Source of the DNA: Thermoplasmata archaeon
Lineage (GTDB): Archaea > Thermoplasmatota > Thermoplasmata > Thermoplasmatales > Thermoplasmataceae
DNA length: 64,000 nt
Direction of reading: 5' to 3'
Assembly: GCA_021794355.1 (NCBI GenBank)
Contig: JAJYRA010000079.1
Location: 14,065-78,064, forward strand
Positions within the stretch are counted from its first letter, which is position 1, and every line of letters starts with the position of its first letter. The translations under genes were made by a program, and so were the position numbers. The notes under the pieces were generated by a model that worked only from the letters and a program-made list of their open reading frames with translations, ran no database searches and had not been told where the DNA came from. Of the stretch, positions 9,152-19,077 are shown in pieces.

Positions 9152-9501
9152 AGATCACCACACCTTTTTCCGTTAAAATCAGGAAATTTTACGTCATATC
9201 GATCTGCAGCATAGTAGAGATGATACAAAAAGTTTTCAATGAAACCCTGCCTATCATCCACGTCATATACAAAATTTTCATTCATGACTTTCCTCACGTT
9301 CTCTATGGTTATTTTACCCTCAAGGAAATCAAGAATTGCATTGAGAACTCTTAGATGCCCTCTTGATCTCTCGTTTTTTGAAACGTTTACGGATAATTCA
9401 AGAGATTTTTCCTTCCTCCTTATGAGTTTCACGGCATCATCTATTTCACCGGAAAGCACGGCAGAATCAATTACCTCAAGATCATACAAAGGATTCATCA
9501 C
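9148..9501 (-). CDS. Hypothetical protein coupled to nuoN
   Basis: 117-aa ORF whose start overlaps the nuoN stop. Confidence 0.7.
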   Translation of the reverse strand: MMNPLYDLEVIDSAVLSGEIDDAVKLIRRKEKSLELSVNVSKNERSRGHLRVLNAILDFLEGKITIENVRKVMNENFVYDVDDRQGFIENFLYHLYYAADRYDVKFPDFNGKRCGDL

Positions 9502-10937
9502 GCACCAACCCCCAAACCTGCAACTATGCCACTCAGGTACGGATACCCGAATATGAGGAAAGATAGGCCTATGGACATTACTGCCCCTATAATAACCGGA
9601 AGCAATATGGAATTCGAAAGGTTGAACTCCCTTTCCTCACTGGAAGGTCGGAACATTACCACTATGACCCTCAGATAGTAGAAAACTGAAATTGCACTAT
9701 TCAGTATGCCGATAACAGCAAGATACCAGAGATTTCCGCTTATGAGTGAAAGGAACAGGTAGTATTTGGCAAAGAAGCCGGCGGTTGGAGGAATTCCAGC
9801 CAGAGCCAGCATCATTATGCCTAGGGAGATTGCAAAGGCAGGCGACTTCAATCCAATACCTGAAAGATCATTTATCTCAACCTTTTCTTTATTAACTGCT
9901 CCAGTGGCCATGAATGCTCCTCCTTTCATGAATATATAAACCAGGGAATAGTACATTGCCGCAAATATGGCAACCGTGAAGGCAAATTGTGAGGTTGACC
10001 CAGAGACAACAGTCAATACCAGTATGAGATATCCAGCCTGTGCTATGCTTGAGTAGGCAAGCATCCTTTTCAGGTTGTTCTCTGAAAGGGCTGCAAAGTT
10101 TCCATAGGTCATCGTGATTATGGATACTATGGTGAACAGGTAAAACACATCTGTTCTCATGGATGCGAAACCAACCAGAAAGACTCTCAATATGATAAGA
10201 AATGCAAGGACCTTTGTTCCCGATGAAAGAAAAGCGGAAACAGGGTTTTTGGTACCATCATAGGTATCCACCGCCCACTGCTGTAACGGAACAAGAGCAA
10301 GTTTGAAGCCAAAACCCACAAATAGTAATATAAGAGCAAGAAGCATTGACGGTTTTGCTATATCAGCAGCATTTGCCACAGATACAAGGTTGAAGGTGCC
10401 CGTAGAAAGATAATAAAAAGAGGAACCAAATACAATGAACCCGGTAGCAATAACCCCAGTGAAAAAGTATTTTATGGATGCTTCAAGGTTTCTCCTTGTC
10501 TTCCCATGGGCCGATAGGATATACGTACCGACGCTGATTCCCTCGAATGCAATGAATATGAAGATCAAGTTGAGGCTGAATGCTGCAATAATCATGGCTA
10601 TGTTCACGAAAAGAAAGATTGAAAAGAATATTTCAGGGTCGTGCTTCAATTCCGAGCCTGCCGTGAATGATACGTAAAGTGATGACGTTATGAGTATGAG
10701 TGCAAAATAGAGCCCAAAGTTGTTTATTACGAAAGCTCCGCCGAAAAATGACTGCGAACCTGAGTCCAGAAGTATGAGCAGGATCATTGAAATTAGAAGC
10801 GCCATTATGGAAATCGTTGTGTATACCATCCAGTTTTTGACTCTTCTTCCCATCAATAGCATTCCAAAGGCCACAAACCCAAGGAAGATTTCAGGATATA
10901 GAGACTCCAATATATTAGAATACAAGAAAAATGTCAT
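9498..10937 (-). CDS. nuoN: Complex I subunit N
   Basis: EASIKYF, GFGFKLALVP.QQW..D.YDG, KRMLAYSSIAQAGY, LAGIPPTAGFFAK. Confidence 0.93.
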   Translation of the reverse strand: MTFFLYSNILESLYPEIFLGFVAFGMLLMGRRVKNWMVYTTISIMALLISMILLILLDSGSQSFFGGAFVINNFGLYFALILITSSLYVSFTAGSELKHDPEIFFSIFLFVNIAMIIAAFSLNLIFIFIAFEGISVGTYILSAHGKTRRNLEASIKYFFTGVIATGFIVFGSSFYYLSTGTFNLVSVANAADIAKPSMLLALILLFVGFGFKLALVPLQQWAVDTYDGTKNPVSAFLSSGTKVLAFLIILRVFLVGFASMRTDVFYLFTIVSIITMTYGNFAALSENNLKRMLAYSSIAQAGYLILVLTVVSGSTSQFAFTVAIFAAMYYSLVYIFMKGGAFMATGAVNKEKVEINDLSGIGLKSPAFAISLGIMMLALAGIPPTAGFFAKYYLFLSLISGNLWYLAVIGILNSAISVFYYLRVIVVMFRPSSEEREFNLSNSILLPVIIGAVMSIGLSFLIFGYPYLSGIVAGLGVGA

Positions 10938-10938
10938 T

Positions 10939-12426
10939 TTAGATTACCCCCTTCACGAAGTTAAGTATGGGACCGAAGAATAAATTGGGATAAACTCCCA
11001 GGAGAAGAATGATGATGAAAAGAAATGAGAGAAGTGCTATCTCTGATGCCTTTGCATCCTTGATTTTACCAAGGTTTTCATTGAATGGCCCATTCAGGGT
11101 CTTCTGTACTACCCAGATATGATAGGATGCAGTTATGATCATGCCAAATATTACCAGAAATATTATGGCACCAAGGACATAATAGGATGAGAGTACTATG
11201 GAAGCTTCTGAAATGAATCCGGCTAACCCCGGAAGACCCAGGGACGCCATTATGCCTGCAAGGAAAAATGCTGAGATATAGGGCATATCCCTCCACAATC
11301 CACTGACTGAAAGATTTGAATCGGTTCCTGCTTTCTGCTTTATGAGATAAAGAGATGCAAAGACGAGACCCATTATGAGACCATGGGCAAGAATCTGGTA
11401 TATCCCACCTGCAAAGGCCGTATATGAAACCTGGCCACTGGAAAGAAGTCCATCACCGAAAGATATGCTTATGAACCCCATGGAAGCAGCGCTGGCATAG
11501 GACATCATCTTTTTGGTATTGGTCTGGAACATTGCCGTGAGTGCAAAATATATAAGGCTGAATATCCCCAACCCGATTATGGTCCATGCAATCCCTGCTC
11601 CTATGACTGATGCAATGGGCATTAGAACGGCAAAGAAGCCGTATCCACCCATGAGGGATATGGCACCGGAAAGAACGATGGTTACAGGATATGGTGCTGA
11701 TGTGTAGGCGTCAGGAAGCCATGAATGAAGCGGAAATGAAGGCATTTTTACAAGGAAGGCAAAGAAGAACCCAAAGAGCGCAAAATAGGTCCAGAAAGGT
11801 ACTTTGTCCGTTATATCTTTGGTGATGAAGGATGGATTTAAAAGAGCGGACATGTTCAGTGTGAATACGTTGTTATGGGAAGGTCCATAATACGAGAAAA
11901 GTGTTAGTATGGAAAGAAGCAGAAATACTGAACCAATCTGGGTATATACGAAGAATTTCAGTGATGCCTTTTCCTTCCTTGAATCCCCAAATATGGCTAT
12001 TAGCAGAAATACAGGTATGATGATGGCCTCCCAGAATACATAAAAGAACAGGAAATTTCTGGATATAAGTAAACCATAAAGACCCACTTCCGTAAACATC
12101 ATGAGACCAAAGAATCTTCTGTCGAACTTTTCATTTCTGGCCGTGTATATGGCCGCGAACATTATGACGGTTGTGAGGAAAAGAAGTGCTATGGAGAGTC
12201 CATCCATACCTGTACTGAATGTGATGCCGATAGATTTATCTATGGCAAAGGAGCTTGTGGAAATCATTCCTCCCGTGTAGGTTGAGAACCTCACAAGACC
12301 GTAAATGGAGGTAAAAACCATGAGGATCAGGCTTTCCACCATGGCAATTTCCCAGGATCCTTTTTTCATCAGGATGGAAATGATTGCAAAAATTATGGCT
12401 AATATGAATATGTAAAGTATAAACAT
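10939..12426 (-). CDS. nuoM: Complex I subunit M
   Basis: GMDGLS, FYVFWEA..IP, KFFVYT, VKMPSFPLHSWLPDA, ASLGLPGLAGF. Confidence 0.93.
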   Translation of the reverse strand: MFILYIFILAIIFAIISILMKKGSWEIAMVESLILMVFTSIYGLVRFSTYTGGMISTSSFAIDKSIGITFSTGMDGLSIALLFLTTVIMFAAIYTARNEKFDRRFFGLMMFTEVGLYGLLISRNFLFFYVFWEAIIIPVFLLIAIFGDSRKEKASLKFFVYTQIGSVFLLLSILTLFSYYGPSHNNVFTLNMSALLNPSFITKDITDKVPFWTYFALFGFFFAFLVKMPSFPLHSWLPDAYTSAPYPVTIVLSGAISLMGGYGFFAVLMPIASVIGAGIAWTIIGLGIFSLIYFALTAMFQTNTKKMMSYASAASMGFISISFGDGLLSSGQVSYTAFAGGIYQILAHGLIMGLVFASLYLIKQKAGTDSNLSVSGLWRDMPYISAFFLAGIMASLGLPGLAGFISEASIVLSSYYVLGAIIFLVIFGMIITASYHIWVVQKTLNGPFNENLGKIKDAKASEIALLSFLFIIILLLGVYPNLFFGPILNFVKGVI

Positions 12427-14319
12427 CTAGATACCTCCCAGTATTTCAAGTAATAACATCAGTATGGCAACTCCAGCTATGAGGAATACGAAATAATATT
12501 CCACAACCCCGTTTTCTATTTTTCTTAATATGCCTCCGAAGCCCATGGCTCCGCTTCCAGCGCCTTCTATGGAAATGGAAAAACCCTTTTCCAGTCTGGA
12601 TACACCCGAAGAAAGCGGTAGGATTACCCTTTCAGCTATCACTCTTGTAAACAGGGTATCCAGGAAATATTTTGCCTTCAACAACCTGTAAACAGGATTC
12701 TTCTCAAGATGCATTCTCTGCCACTTCGTGGTTCCATAGATACCTATGGTGATCAGGACTCCTATGGCAACTACGGTGAGTGGTGTATATTCTATGATCA
12801 TGGGCACTACAACCCTCGTGGTATTGGGTACAATGAAATCATAGAATCTGTACTGGATCAATCCCAGCGTAAGGGACATGAAAGCCAGTATCATTAGGGG
12901 TATCAAAACTATTTTTGGAGGGTCCTTTGCTTCCTCTGCCAGTTTGGATCTGGGCTTTCCCAGTGCAACAAGGAAGAACATCCTGAAGGTATAGAGGGCT
13001 GTCATCAACGCTCCCACTACAAGGAAAACCCATGGCAGTATGGAATATATGTTGCTTCCATTCATTATGAAATAGTTATAGGCAACATCAATAATCGTGT
13101 CCTTGGAGAAAAATGCGGCTGTTGGCGGTATGGCGGCCAGAGTTATGGAACCTATGAACATAAGGGAAATAGTTATGGGCATTCTCTTCCATAGTCCGCC
13201 CATTTTCTTAACGTCCCTCAATTCCATAAGCGTGAGAAGTATAACTCCGGCGGTCATAAACAGGAGGGCCTTGAATACGGCATGCACCACGAGGTGGTAT
13301 ATGGAATATCCAATAACACTTTCACCAAATGTGGTTACCATTCCCAGTGCAGCCATCATATAACCAATCTGTGAAATGGTGGAATACGCAAGTATCCTTT
13401 TCAGATCATTTACCACTATTCCAATGGTTCCTGCAAATAGTGCAGTAAATGCTCCTATGTATAGCACTGCTTCTCCTGCCAGGGGAGTGGCGTTTGCATA
13501 GAGGGGCAGAACCCTTGCTATGAGATAGATGCCTGCAGTAACCATTGTTGCAGCATGTATAAGGGCTGAAACCGTTGTGGGACCTTCCATGGCATCTGGA
13601 ATCCAGACGTGGAGTGGAAATTGGGCAGACTTACCTGCAGCTCCTCCCAGAAATAGAAGCCCAATTATGGTAAGGTTCTGTGCACCAATCTCCGATGCTA
13701 TGGCCGGTGCATTGTTAATCAGGTAAGGAATGCTCAATGGAGAGGCTACATTGTGAACTGTGAGAAGAGAATAGAGAACAGCCAAGCCAATTATGAAAAG
13801 AAGATCTCCCACCCTTGTTACAATAAATGCTTTCTTGGCAGCAGAGGCTGCATTGGGCTTGAAGAACCAGAAGCCAACCAGGAGGTAAGAACACAACCCA
13901 ACAAGTTCCCAGAAGAGGAAAAATTCCAGTAGATTGGATGCAAGAATAAGTCCAAGCATCCCCCCAGTAAAGAGGGCCGTTTCTCCGAAATAGGTATTCT
14001 TTCTTGGATCATCCTTCATGTAATACATGGCGAAGAGATGTATCATCAGGGAGACAAAGGATACCATTAAGACCATTACCACAGCGAGATGGTCCACATA
14101 GATTCCCGCATTTATATTGTCAAACCAATTGAATGTTTGATATATGGGTGTTGATGTTCCCCTTATGCTCAACCAGACTATTACGGACAGTATGAGGGAG
14201 ACTGTAATGGAAAGTGAGGCCAGAACCCCTGCAAGAATTTTTCTTTTCTTACCCGCTATGACACTGATGGGCGCAAAAATGATTGGGGTCAGAAATATAA
14301 ACCAAGCGTAATTTAACAT
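12427..14319 (-). CDS. nuoL: Complex I subunit L
   Basis: FWELVGLCSYLLVGFW, AAKKAF..RVGD, KSAQFPLHVWIPDAMEGPTTVSALIHAATMV. Confidence 0.95.
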   Translation of the reverse strand: MLNYAWFIFLTPIIFAPISVIAGKKRKILAGVLASLSITVSLILSVIVWLSIRGTSTPIYQTFNWFDNINAGIYVDHLAVVMVLMVSFVSLMIHLFAMYYMKDDPRKNTYFGETALFTGGMLGLILASNLLEFFLFWELVGLCSYLLVGFWFFKPNAASAAKKAFIVTRVGDLLFIIGLAVLYSLLTVHNVASPLSIPYLINNAPAIASEIGAQNLTIIGLLFLGGAAGKSAQFPLHVWIPDAMEGPTTVSALIHAATMVTAGIYLIARVLPLYANATPLAGEAVLYIGAFTALFAGTIGIVVNDLKRILAYSTISQIGYMMAALGMVTTFGESVIGYSIYHLVVHAVFKALLFMTAGVILLTLMELRDVKKMGGLWKRMPITISLMFIGSITLAAIPPTAAFFSKDTIIDVAYNYFIMNGSNIYSILPWVFLVVGALMTALYTFRMFFLVALGKPRSKLAEEAKDPPKIVLIPLMILAFMSLTLGLIQYRFYDFIVPNTTRVVVPMIIEYTPLTVVAIGVLITIGIYGTTKWQRMHLEKNPVYRLLKAKYFLDTLFTRVIAERVILPLSSGVSRLEKGFSISIEGAGSGAMGFGGILRKIENGVVEYYFVFLIAGVAILMLLLEILGGI

Positions 14320-14320
14320 G

Positions 14321-14620
14321 TTACCACCTTATCTCCTTCAGCAGAGAAATATCGATCTTACCGAACTTTTTATAAATAGACACCAGAATGCTGATACCCA
14401 CGGCGGATTCCGCAGCAGCTATGGCGATTGTAAACAGTGCCATTACCAATGGATCAACCGTGCCTGTTCCTATGGCTGTGGAAACCAGACTCAATATGGC
14501 CCCGTTCAGTAGAATCTCCACTGAAACAAGCATCTTGATACCCACCTTGGAGATCATTATGCCATAAAGTCCTATGGTAAATAATGCCAGTGCTATTAAC
14601 TGAACGATAAACTGCTCCAT
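14321..14620 (-). CDS. nuoK: Complex I subunit K
   Basis: SVEILLNG, IAAAESAVG; three TM helices. Confidence 0.9.
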   Translation of the reverse strand: MEQFIVQLIALALFTIGLYGIMISKVGIKMLVSVEILLNGAILSLVSTAIGTGTVDPLVMALFTIAIAAAESAVGISILVSIYKKFGKIDISLLKEIRW

Positions 14621-14838
14621 TATTCCTCATCCTCCGCTGTGTGAAACATTCCCACTATTCCTGTAACAAGGACCACGGAGAGTAACTCAAAGGGTATGAG
14701 ATAGGTACTGAAAAGCTCCCTTGATATATTTGTAATGTGCTGTTCAAGGGGGGTATAGGACCCGGAAATACTGGCTACGGATACTGCCATTACGAGAAAG
14801 AACAATATTGCAGATATGGCTGCGGGAATTTTATTCAA
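14620..14838 (-). CDS. nuoJ: Complex I subunit J, C-terminal half (split gene)
   Basis: ELFSTYLIPFELLSVVL is the NuoJ C-terminal signature. Confidence 0.8.
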   Translation of the reverse strand: MNKIPAAISAILFFLVMAVSVASISGSYTPLEQHITNISRELFSTYLIPFELLSVVLVTGIVGMFHTAEDEE

Positions 14839-15079
14839 TTTCCTTACCTCCTGTTATCATCATTGTAAATACAAGTAACGCACTTACTGCCCCCACATAT
14901 ACAAGGAGTTCTATTGCGCCAATCAACGTTGCACCGAGAAATATGAAGTTTGCCGAAAGCACAAATAGAAAGGCCATCAGGAAGATGATACTTCTCATTA
15001 TGTCTTTCTGCTCCACCGCGATGACCGCCAAAATGATCATGATGATTGCAAGTATAAGGGTAATTACGGTGAATATCAT
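14831..15079 (-). CDS. nuoJ: Complex I subunit J, N-terminal half (split gene)
   Basis: LGA..IGAIELLVYVGAVSALLVF is the NuoJ TM3 signature. Confidence 0.85.
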   Translation of the reverse strand: MIFTVITLILAIIMIILAVIAVEQKDIMRSIIFLMAFLFVLSANFIFLGATLIGAIELLVYVGAVSALLVFTMMITGGKEIE

Positions 15080-15516
15080 CTTCTTACCTCGTCCTCACTC
15101 TTTTCAAGATCAGTTGGAGAGTAAAGGAAATTATTCTTTGTCCTGGCCGTTTCGAAAACGTCCTTTAAATATATGGCATCTGTTGGACAGATCTCCTCAC
15201 AATTCCTGCAAACTGTACATGTTCCGAAGTTAACCGTTGGGTATATCCTTCTCTTGTTTCTCTGGTTCTCCTTGTCCAGTGTCATCATGGTGATTGAAAG
15301 GTTGGGGCACACCTGCTCACAAAGAGTGCAACCAACACAATCGTCCGTACTGAGATAAACCCTGAACCTGAACCTGTCAGCTATTTCACCCCTCACCTCT
15401 GGATACTGAACCGTTACAGGCTTCTGGAACAGATGCTTAAAAACGGTGAACATTCCCATTACGGAGCCCAGGATGGGAATTCTCTTTGGCTCCTTTACCT
15501 CCTTAATTTCAATCAT
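15076..15516 (-). CDS. nuoI: Complex I subunit I (2x[4Fe-4S])
   Basis: TVQYPE, CVGCTLCEQVCP, CTVCRNCEEICP. Confidence 0.93.
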   Translation of the reverse strand: MIEIKEVKEPKRIPILGSVMGMFTVFKHLFQKPVTVQYPEVRGEIADRFRFRVYLSTDDCVGCTLCEQVCPNLSITMMTLDKENQRNKRRIYPTVNFGTCTVCRNCEEICPTDAIYLKDVFETARTKNNFLYSPTDLEKSEDEVRR

Positions 15517-16553
15517 GCAATCCCTCCAAATATAATTATTCCGGTAATTATCAGGTTAATAAACGATAGGGGTAGAAGATATTTCCACCCAAAGTTAACG
15601 AATTTATCTATCCTGACCCTTGGCATTGATAGCCATATGGTCAGGGAAATCACCACTAAAACGAGCGTCTTAATGAGCAGCCATATGAATCCAAGATAAT
15701 TCGTAAATGGCCCGTAATATCCACCAAGGTAAATGGTGCTTATGAGCATTGAACCCAGAAATATTGTTCCAAACAATCCGAGATAGAAGAGACCGAATCT
15801 CAGTCCACTGTATTCCGTGGTGTTTCCTGTTACCAGTTCACTGTCACTTTCTCCCATATCAAATGGTGAATAGGATGCCCTTGCAGCCATGGATATAAGG
15901 AAAATGAAAAATCCCAGTGGTTCAAGGATTGCAAAGGGTATGGACTGGGCTACCACAACTCCGTTGATATTCAGTGGATCTGATACCTTCACCGAAGCCA
16001 TCATCACAACAGCCAGTATGGATAGCATCATTGGTACCTCAAAGGATATATCCTTGGCAACGCCTCTCAAGGCCCCAAGAACTGCGTATTTATTGTTAGA
16101 ACTGATTCCCGAGAGAACTTCCCCAATGGGCATTATGGCCAGAAGGGCGAATATTATGATAAGGCTTACATCAGAATGGGAAACCGTCAGGTAACCAAAC
16201 CATGCCAGCGGTCCATAGGGTATGAAAATAAATCCCATTATTAAACCGAAGAATATGAGAATGGGTGCAATCTTGTACGCAAGGTCATCCCTTCCCTCTG
16301 GCAAGATGGACTCTTTCTGTATCAACTTCAATCCATCGGCCATGACTTGGAGAACACCACCTTTTCCTACCCTGTTAGGACCCAATCTCATCTGGACCCT
16401 TGCCATGTATTTCCTGAAAAAGAAAACCATCCCTGCTATTACAACCACTGCAAAAATAATAACTATAAGCGTCTCAATTATATACGCAAGTATAAATGAC
16501 GGATAGTGCCCAAGTATAGAGAGTATATCTGCTATTCTGAGCAACAGATTCAT
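15513..16553 (-). CDS. nuoH: Complex I subunit H
   Basis: RKYMARVQMRLGPNRVG, DGLKLIQKE, PFDMGESDSELVTG..TEYSG. Confidence 0.95.
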   Translation of the reverse strand: MNLLLRIADILSILGHYPSFILAYIIETLIVIIFAVVVIAGMVFFFRKYMARVQMRLGPNRVGKGGVLQVMADGLKLIQKESILPEGRDDLAYKIAPILIFFGLIMGFIFIPYGPLAWFGYLTVSHSDVSLIIIFALLAIMPIGEVLSGISSNNKYAVLGALRGVAKDISFEVPMMLSILAVVMMASVKVSDPLNINGVVVAQSIPFAILEPLGFFIFLISMAARASYSPFDMGESDSELVTGNTTEYSGLRFGLFYLGLFGTIFLGSMLISTIYLGGYYGPFTNYLGFIWLLIKTLVLVVISLTIWLSMPRVRIDKFVNFGWKYLLPLSFINLIITGIIIFGGIA

Positions 16554-17674
16554 CTATCCACCTCACCGAATACCAGATCGATTGAACCTGAAATAGCAAC
16601 CATATCTGCTATGAGTACGTCCCTTGAAAGGTAGGGTAGGACGGAAAGATTCTTGAATGATGGGCTCCTGACATGGACCCTGTAGGGCTTAACCGATCCA
16701 TCTCCCACCATGTATACACCAAATTCACCCTTGGTCGATTCTGTCCTTGCATATACGTCACCTTCTCCCCTTAAACGAACCATAAGAGATTTCTTTGCCT
16801 TTGGGTTGAAATATGGTCCATCTGGAATTTTGTCGATGGCCTGATTTATAATTTTAACAGATTGTCTCATCTCTTCAAATCTGACAATAAATCTTGCAAG
16901 GACATCTTTTCTTTTGGATATAGGTATGTCAAAGTTAAGCTTGTCATAAACAAGGTAGGGTTCGGCTTTTCTCACATCATATGGGACGCCTGATGCACGG
17001 AGCATGGGACCGGTTACACCATAGTCCAGTGCTACTTCTGGCTCCAGAATTCCTATATTCTTCGTCCTTGATATGAATACATCATTTTTAACGAATAAAT
17101 TATAAACTTCCTCGAGAGTCTTGGGAAAATGTTTCGTAAATTCCTTGATTTTGTATATTATCTTGTCATTGAAATCCTGATAAACACCGCCTATGCTCAT
17201 ATAATTTGTTTCCTGTCTTGATCCACATATTTCCGTGAAAAGATCCAGTACCTTTTCCCTCTGTTCAAAAACATAGAAAAATGGTGTCAACATACCAAGA
17301 TCAAGACCAAATGCACCAGCCCATACAAGATGGGATGCAATACGGTTCAGTTCTGCCATTATGGTTCTTATCCACAGTACCCTTTCTGGAGGTTCTATAT
17401 TCAACAATTTTTCAGCAGCTTCCAGATAGCCAACCTCCATGTTCATTGCCCCAACATAATCCATTCTGTCAAAATAGATCAGGGCATCACAGTAAAAATC
17501 CAGTTCACAGATTTTTTCCGCGTTCCTGTGCAGATAACCTATAACGGGCTCCACCTTCTTTACCGTCTCTCCATCAAGAAGCAACTTCAGTCTCAATACT
17601 CCATGAGTGGATGGATGCTGCGGCCCCATGTTTAACTCAATGTATCTTTCCTTTGATGTATCATTTTCCAACAT
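16550..17674 (-). CDS. nuoD: Complex I subunit D
   Basis: NMGPQHPSTHGVLRL, GYLHR..EK, DRMDY, GSIDLVFGEVDR; no NiFe CxxC motifs. Start set at ATG 17674. Confidence 0.95.
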   Translation of the reverse strand: MLENDTSKERYIELNMGPQHPSTHGVLRLKLLLDGETVKKVEPVIGYLHRNAEKICELDFYCDALIYFDRMDYVGAMNMEVGYLEAAEKLLNIEPPERVLWIRTIMAELNRIASHLVWAGAFGLDLGMLTPFFYVFEQREKVLDLFTEICGSRQETNYMSIGGVYQDFNDKIIYKIKEFTKHFPKTLEEVYNLFVKNDVFISRTKNIGILEPEVALDYGVTGPMLRASGVPYDVRKAEPYLVYDKLNFDIPISKRKDVLARFIVRFEEMRQSVKIINQAIDKIPDGPYFNPKAKKSLMVRLRGEGDVYARTESTKGEFGVYMVGDGSVKPYRVHVRSPSFKNLSVLPYLSRDVLIADMVAISGSIDLVFGEVDR

Positions 17675-17676
17675 TA

Positions 17677-18135
17677 TTACCACCCATCCCCTGGATCAAA
17701 ACTTACGTAGTCGTTTCCCTCATCGTCCATATTTACATACTGGACCTTGCTAAGGTCATAGTCCTTTCTCAGGGGATGGCCTACCCATCCCTCCGGAAGG
17801 AGAATGCGTTTCAGGTTTGGATGCCCTTCAAATACAACTCCCATCATGTCATACTGTTCCCTTTCATCCCAGTTTGCGCTTTCGTAAAGGGACGTAACAC
17901 TGGGCATTCTTGAGTCTCTTGTTTCTGATTTTACAACAAGCATTTCCTCTGTCTTGCTGTTTGTAAGATGATACACAACCTCTATCCTATCCCTGTAATC
18001 AACACACGTCAGAAGGGAAAGTGAATCAAATCCGTCGTTTTTCATATCCTTTAGAAGTTCCAACAGGTGGTCCCTTTCTATACGCATTACCTTCCTGCCA
18101 TCCTTGCTCTTTTCTTCCTTTACTTCATATGCCAC
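17677..18135 (-). CDS. nuoC: Complex I subunit C
   Basis: CVDY, ANWDEREQYDMMGVVFEGHPNLKRILLPE.W.GHPLRKDY. Confidence 0.95.
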   Translation of the reverse strand: MAYEVKEEKSKDGRKVMRIERDHLLELLKDMKNDGFDSLSLLTCVDYRDRIEVVYHLTNSKTEEMLVVKSETRDSRMPSVTSLYESANWDEREQYDMMGVVFEGHPNLKRILLPEGWVGHPLRKDYDLSKVQYVNMDDEGNDYVSFDPGDGW

Positions 18136-18141
18136 TGGATA

Positions 18142-18606
18142 TCACCTCTCCGTCTCGTTTCTGATCTTTTTCTGCAGGAGGATAATTCCATTGGTTAATG
18201 CTTCCGGTGTTGGAGGGCAGCCCGGTACATATACATCCACCGGAACTACCCTATCAACCCCAAGAACCACGGAGTATCCCTGATTGTATGGTCCCCCCTG
18301 AATCACGCATACCCCCATGGCAATAACATATTTTGGATAGGGCATCTCATCGTACAGTCTCCTCAATCTTGGAGCCATTTTTTTTGTAACGGTACCAGAC
18401 ACTATCATGAGATCAGACTGCCTGGGTGAATTCCTGAAAACTTCGCTTCCAAACCTGGAAACGTCAAGCCTGGATGCCTGAACTGCCATCATCTCTATGG
18501 CACAGCATGCAAGCCCAAATGTAAGTGGCCATATGGAATTACTTCTTGCCCATTCCATGGCCTTGTCCATTGTTGTTGTTATGAATCCTGAATCTCCTGT
18601 CTTCAT
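18142..18606 (-). CDS. nuoB: Complex I subunit B
   Basis: [27 protein letters not shown]. Confidence 0.95.
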   Translation of the reverse strand: MKTGDSGFITTTMDKAMEWARSNSIWPLTFGLACCAIEMMAVQASRLDVSRFGSEVFRNSPRQSDLMIVSGTVTKKMAPRLRRLYDEMPYPKYVIAMGVCVIQGGPYNQGYSVVLGVDRVVPVDVYVPGCPPTPEALTNGIILLQKKIRNETER

Positions 18607-19043
18607 TTAATCCACCTCATATATCCTTTCCTGAATGCATAAAAGACCACTGTCATCGGCATTAAAATAAATATTATTGTCTCTGCAAAAGCGTATGGGC
18701 CTAGGCTCTTGAAATCAAATGCCCAGGGTAGAAGAAGGGCCATGTCCACATCGAACAGTATGAAAAGAAGGACTATGACATAATACTGGACTCTCACAAA
18801 TGATTTGTATGATCCCCGTGCTACTTCCCCAGATTCATATGGTTTTGTATAATCCGAACCCTTCACGGGTGACGATTCCTTTGAAAGGTTTGAAATTATA
18901 TTGGATGGGCTGAATGATATCTTGGCAGATGGCCCCTTTAGCCGGGATTTGTCAAGACTGGGTAAAATAGTAAAAACGAGGTACATAGCCAATGCGAGCA
19001 ATACAATTGTAATGAATGCAGGTATGTATCCGTATAGTAACAT
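18603..19043 (-). CDS. nuoA: Complex I subunit A
   Basis: [25 protein letters not shown]. Confidence 0.92.
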   Translation of the reverse strand: MLLYGYIPAFITIVLLALAMYLVFTILPSLDKSRLKGPSAKISFSPSNIISNLSKESSPVKGSDYTKPYESGEVARGSYKSFVRVQYYVIVLLFILFDVDMALLLPWAFDFKSLGPYAFAETIIFILMPMTVVFYAFRKGYMRWIK

Positions 19044-19077
19044 AAGTCCATATTTTAGGAAAATATTTAAGTGTTGT

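Noticed and set aside
16550-18606. Group 4 NiFe hydrogenase
   Set aside because: The large subunit lacks both CxxC nickel motifs and ends in GEVDR, as NuoD does.
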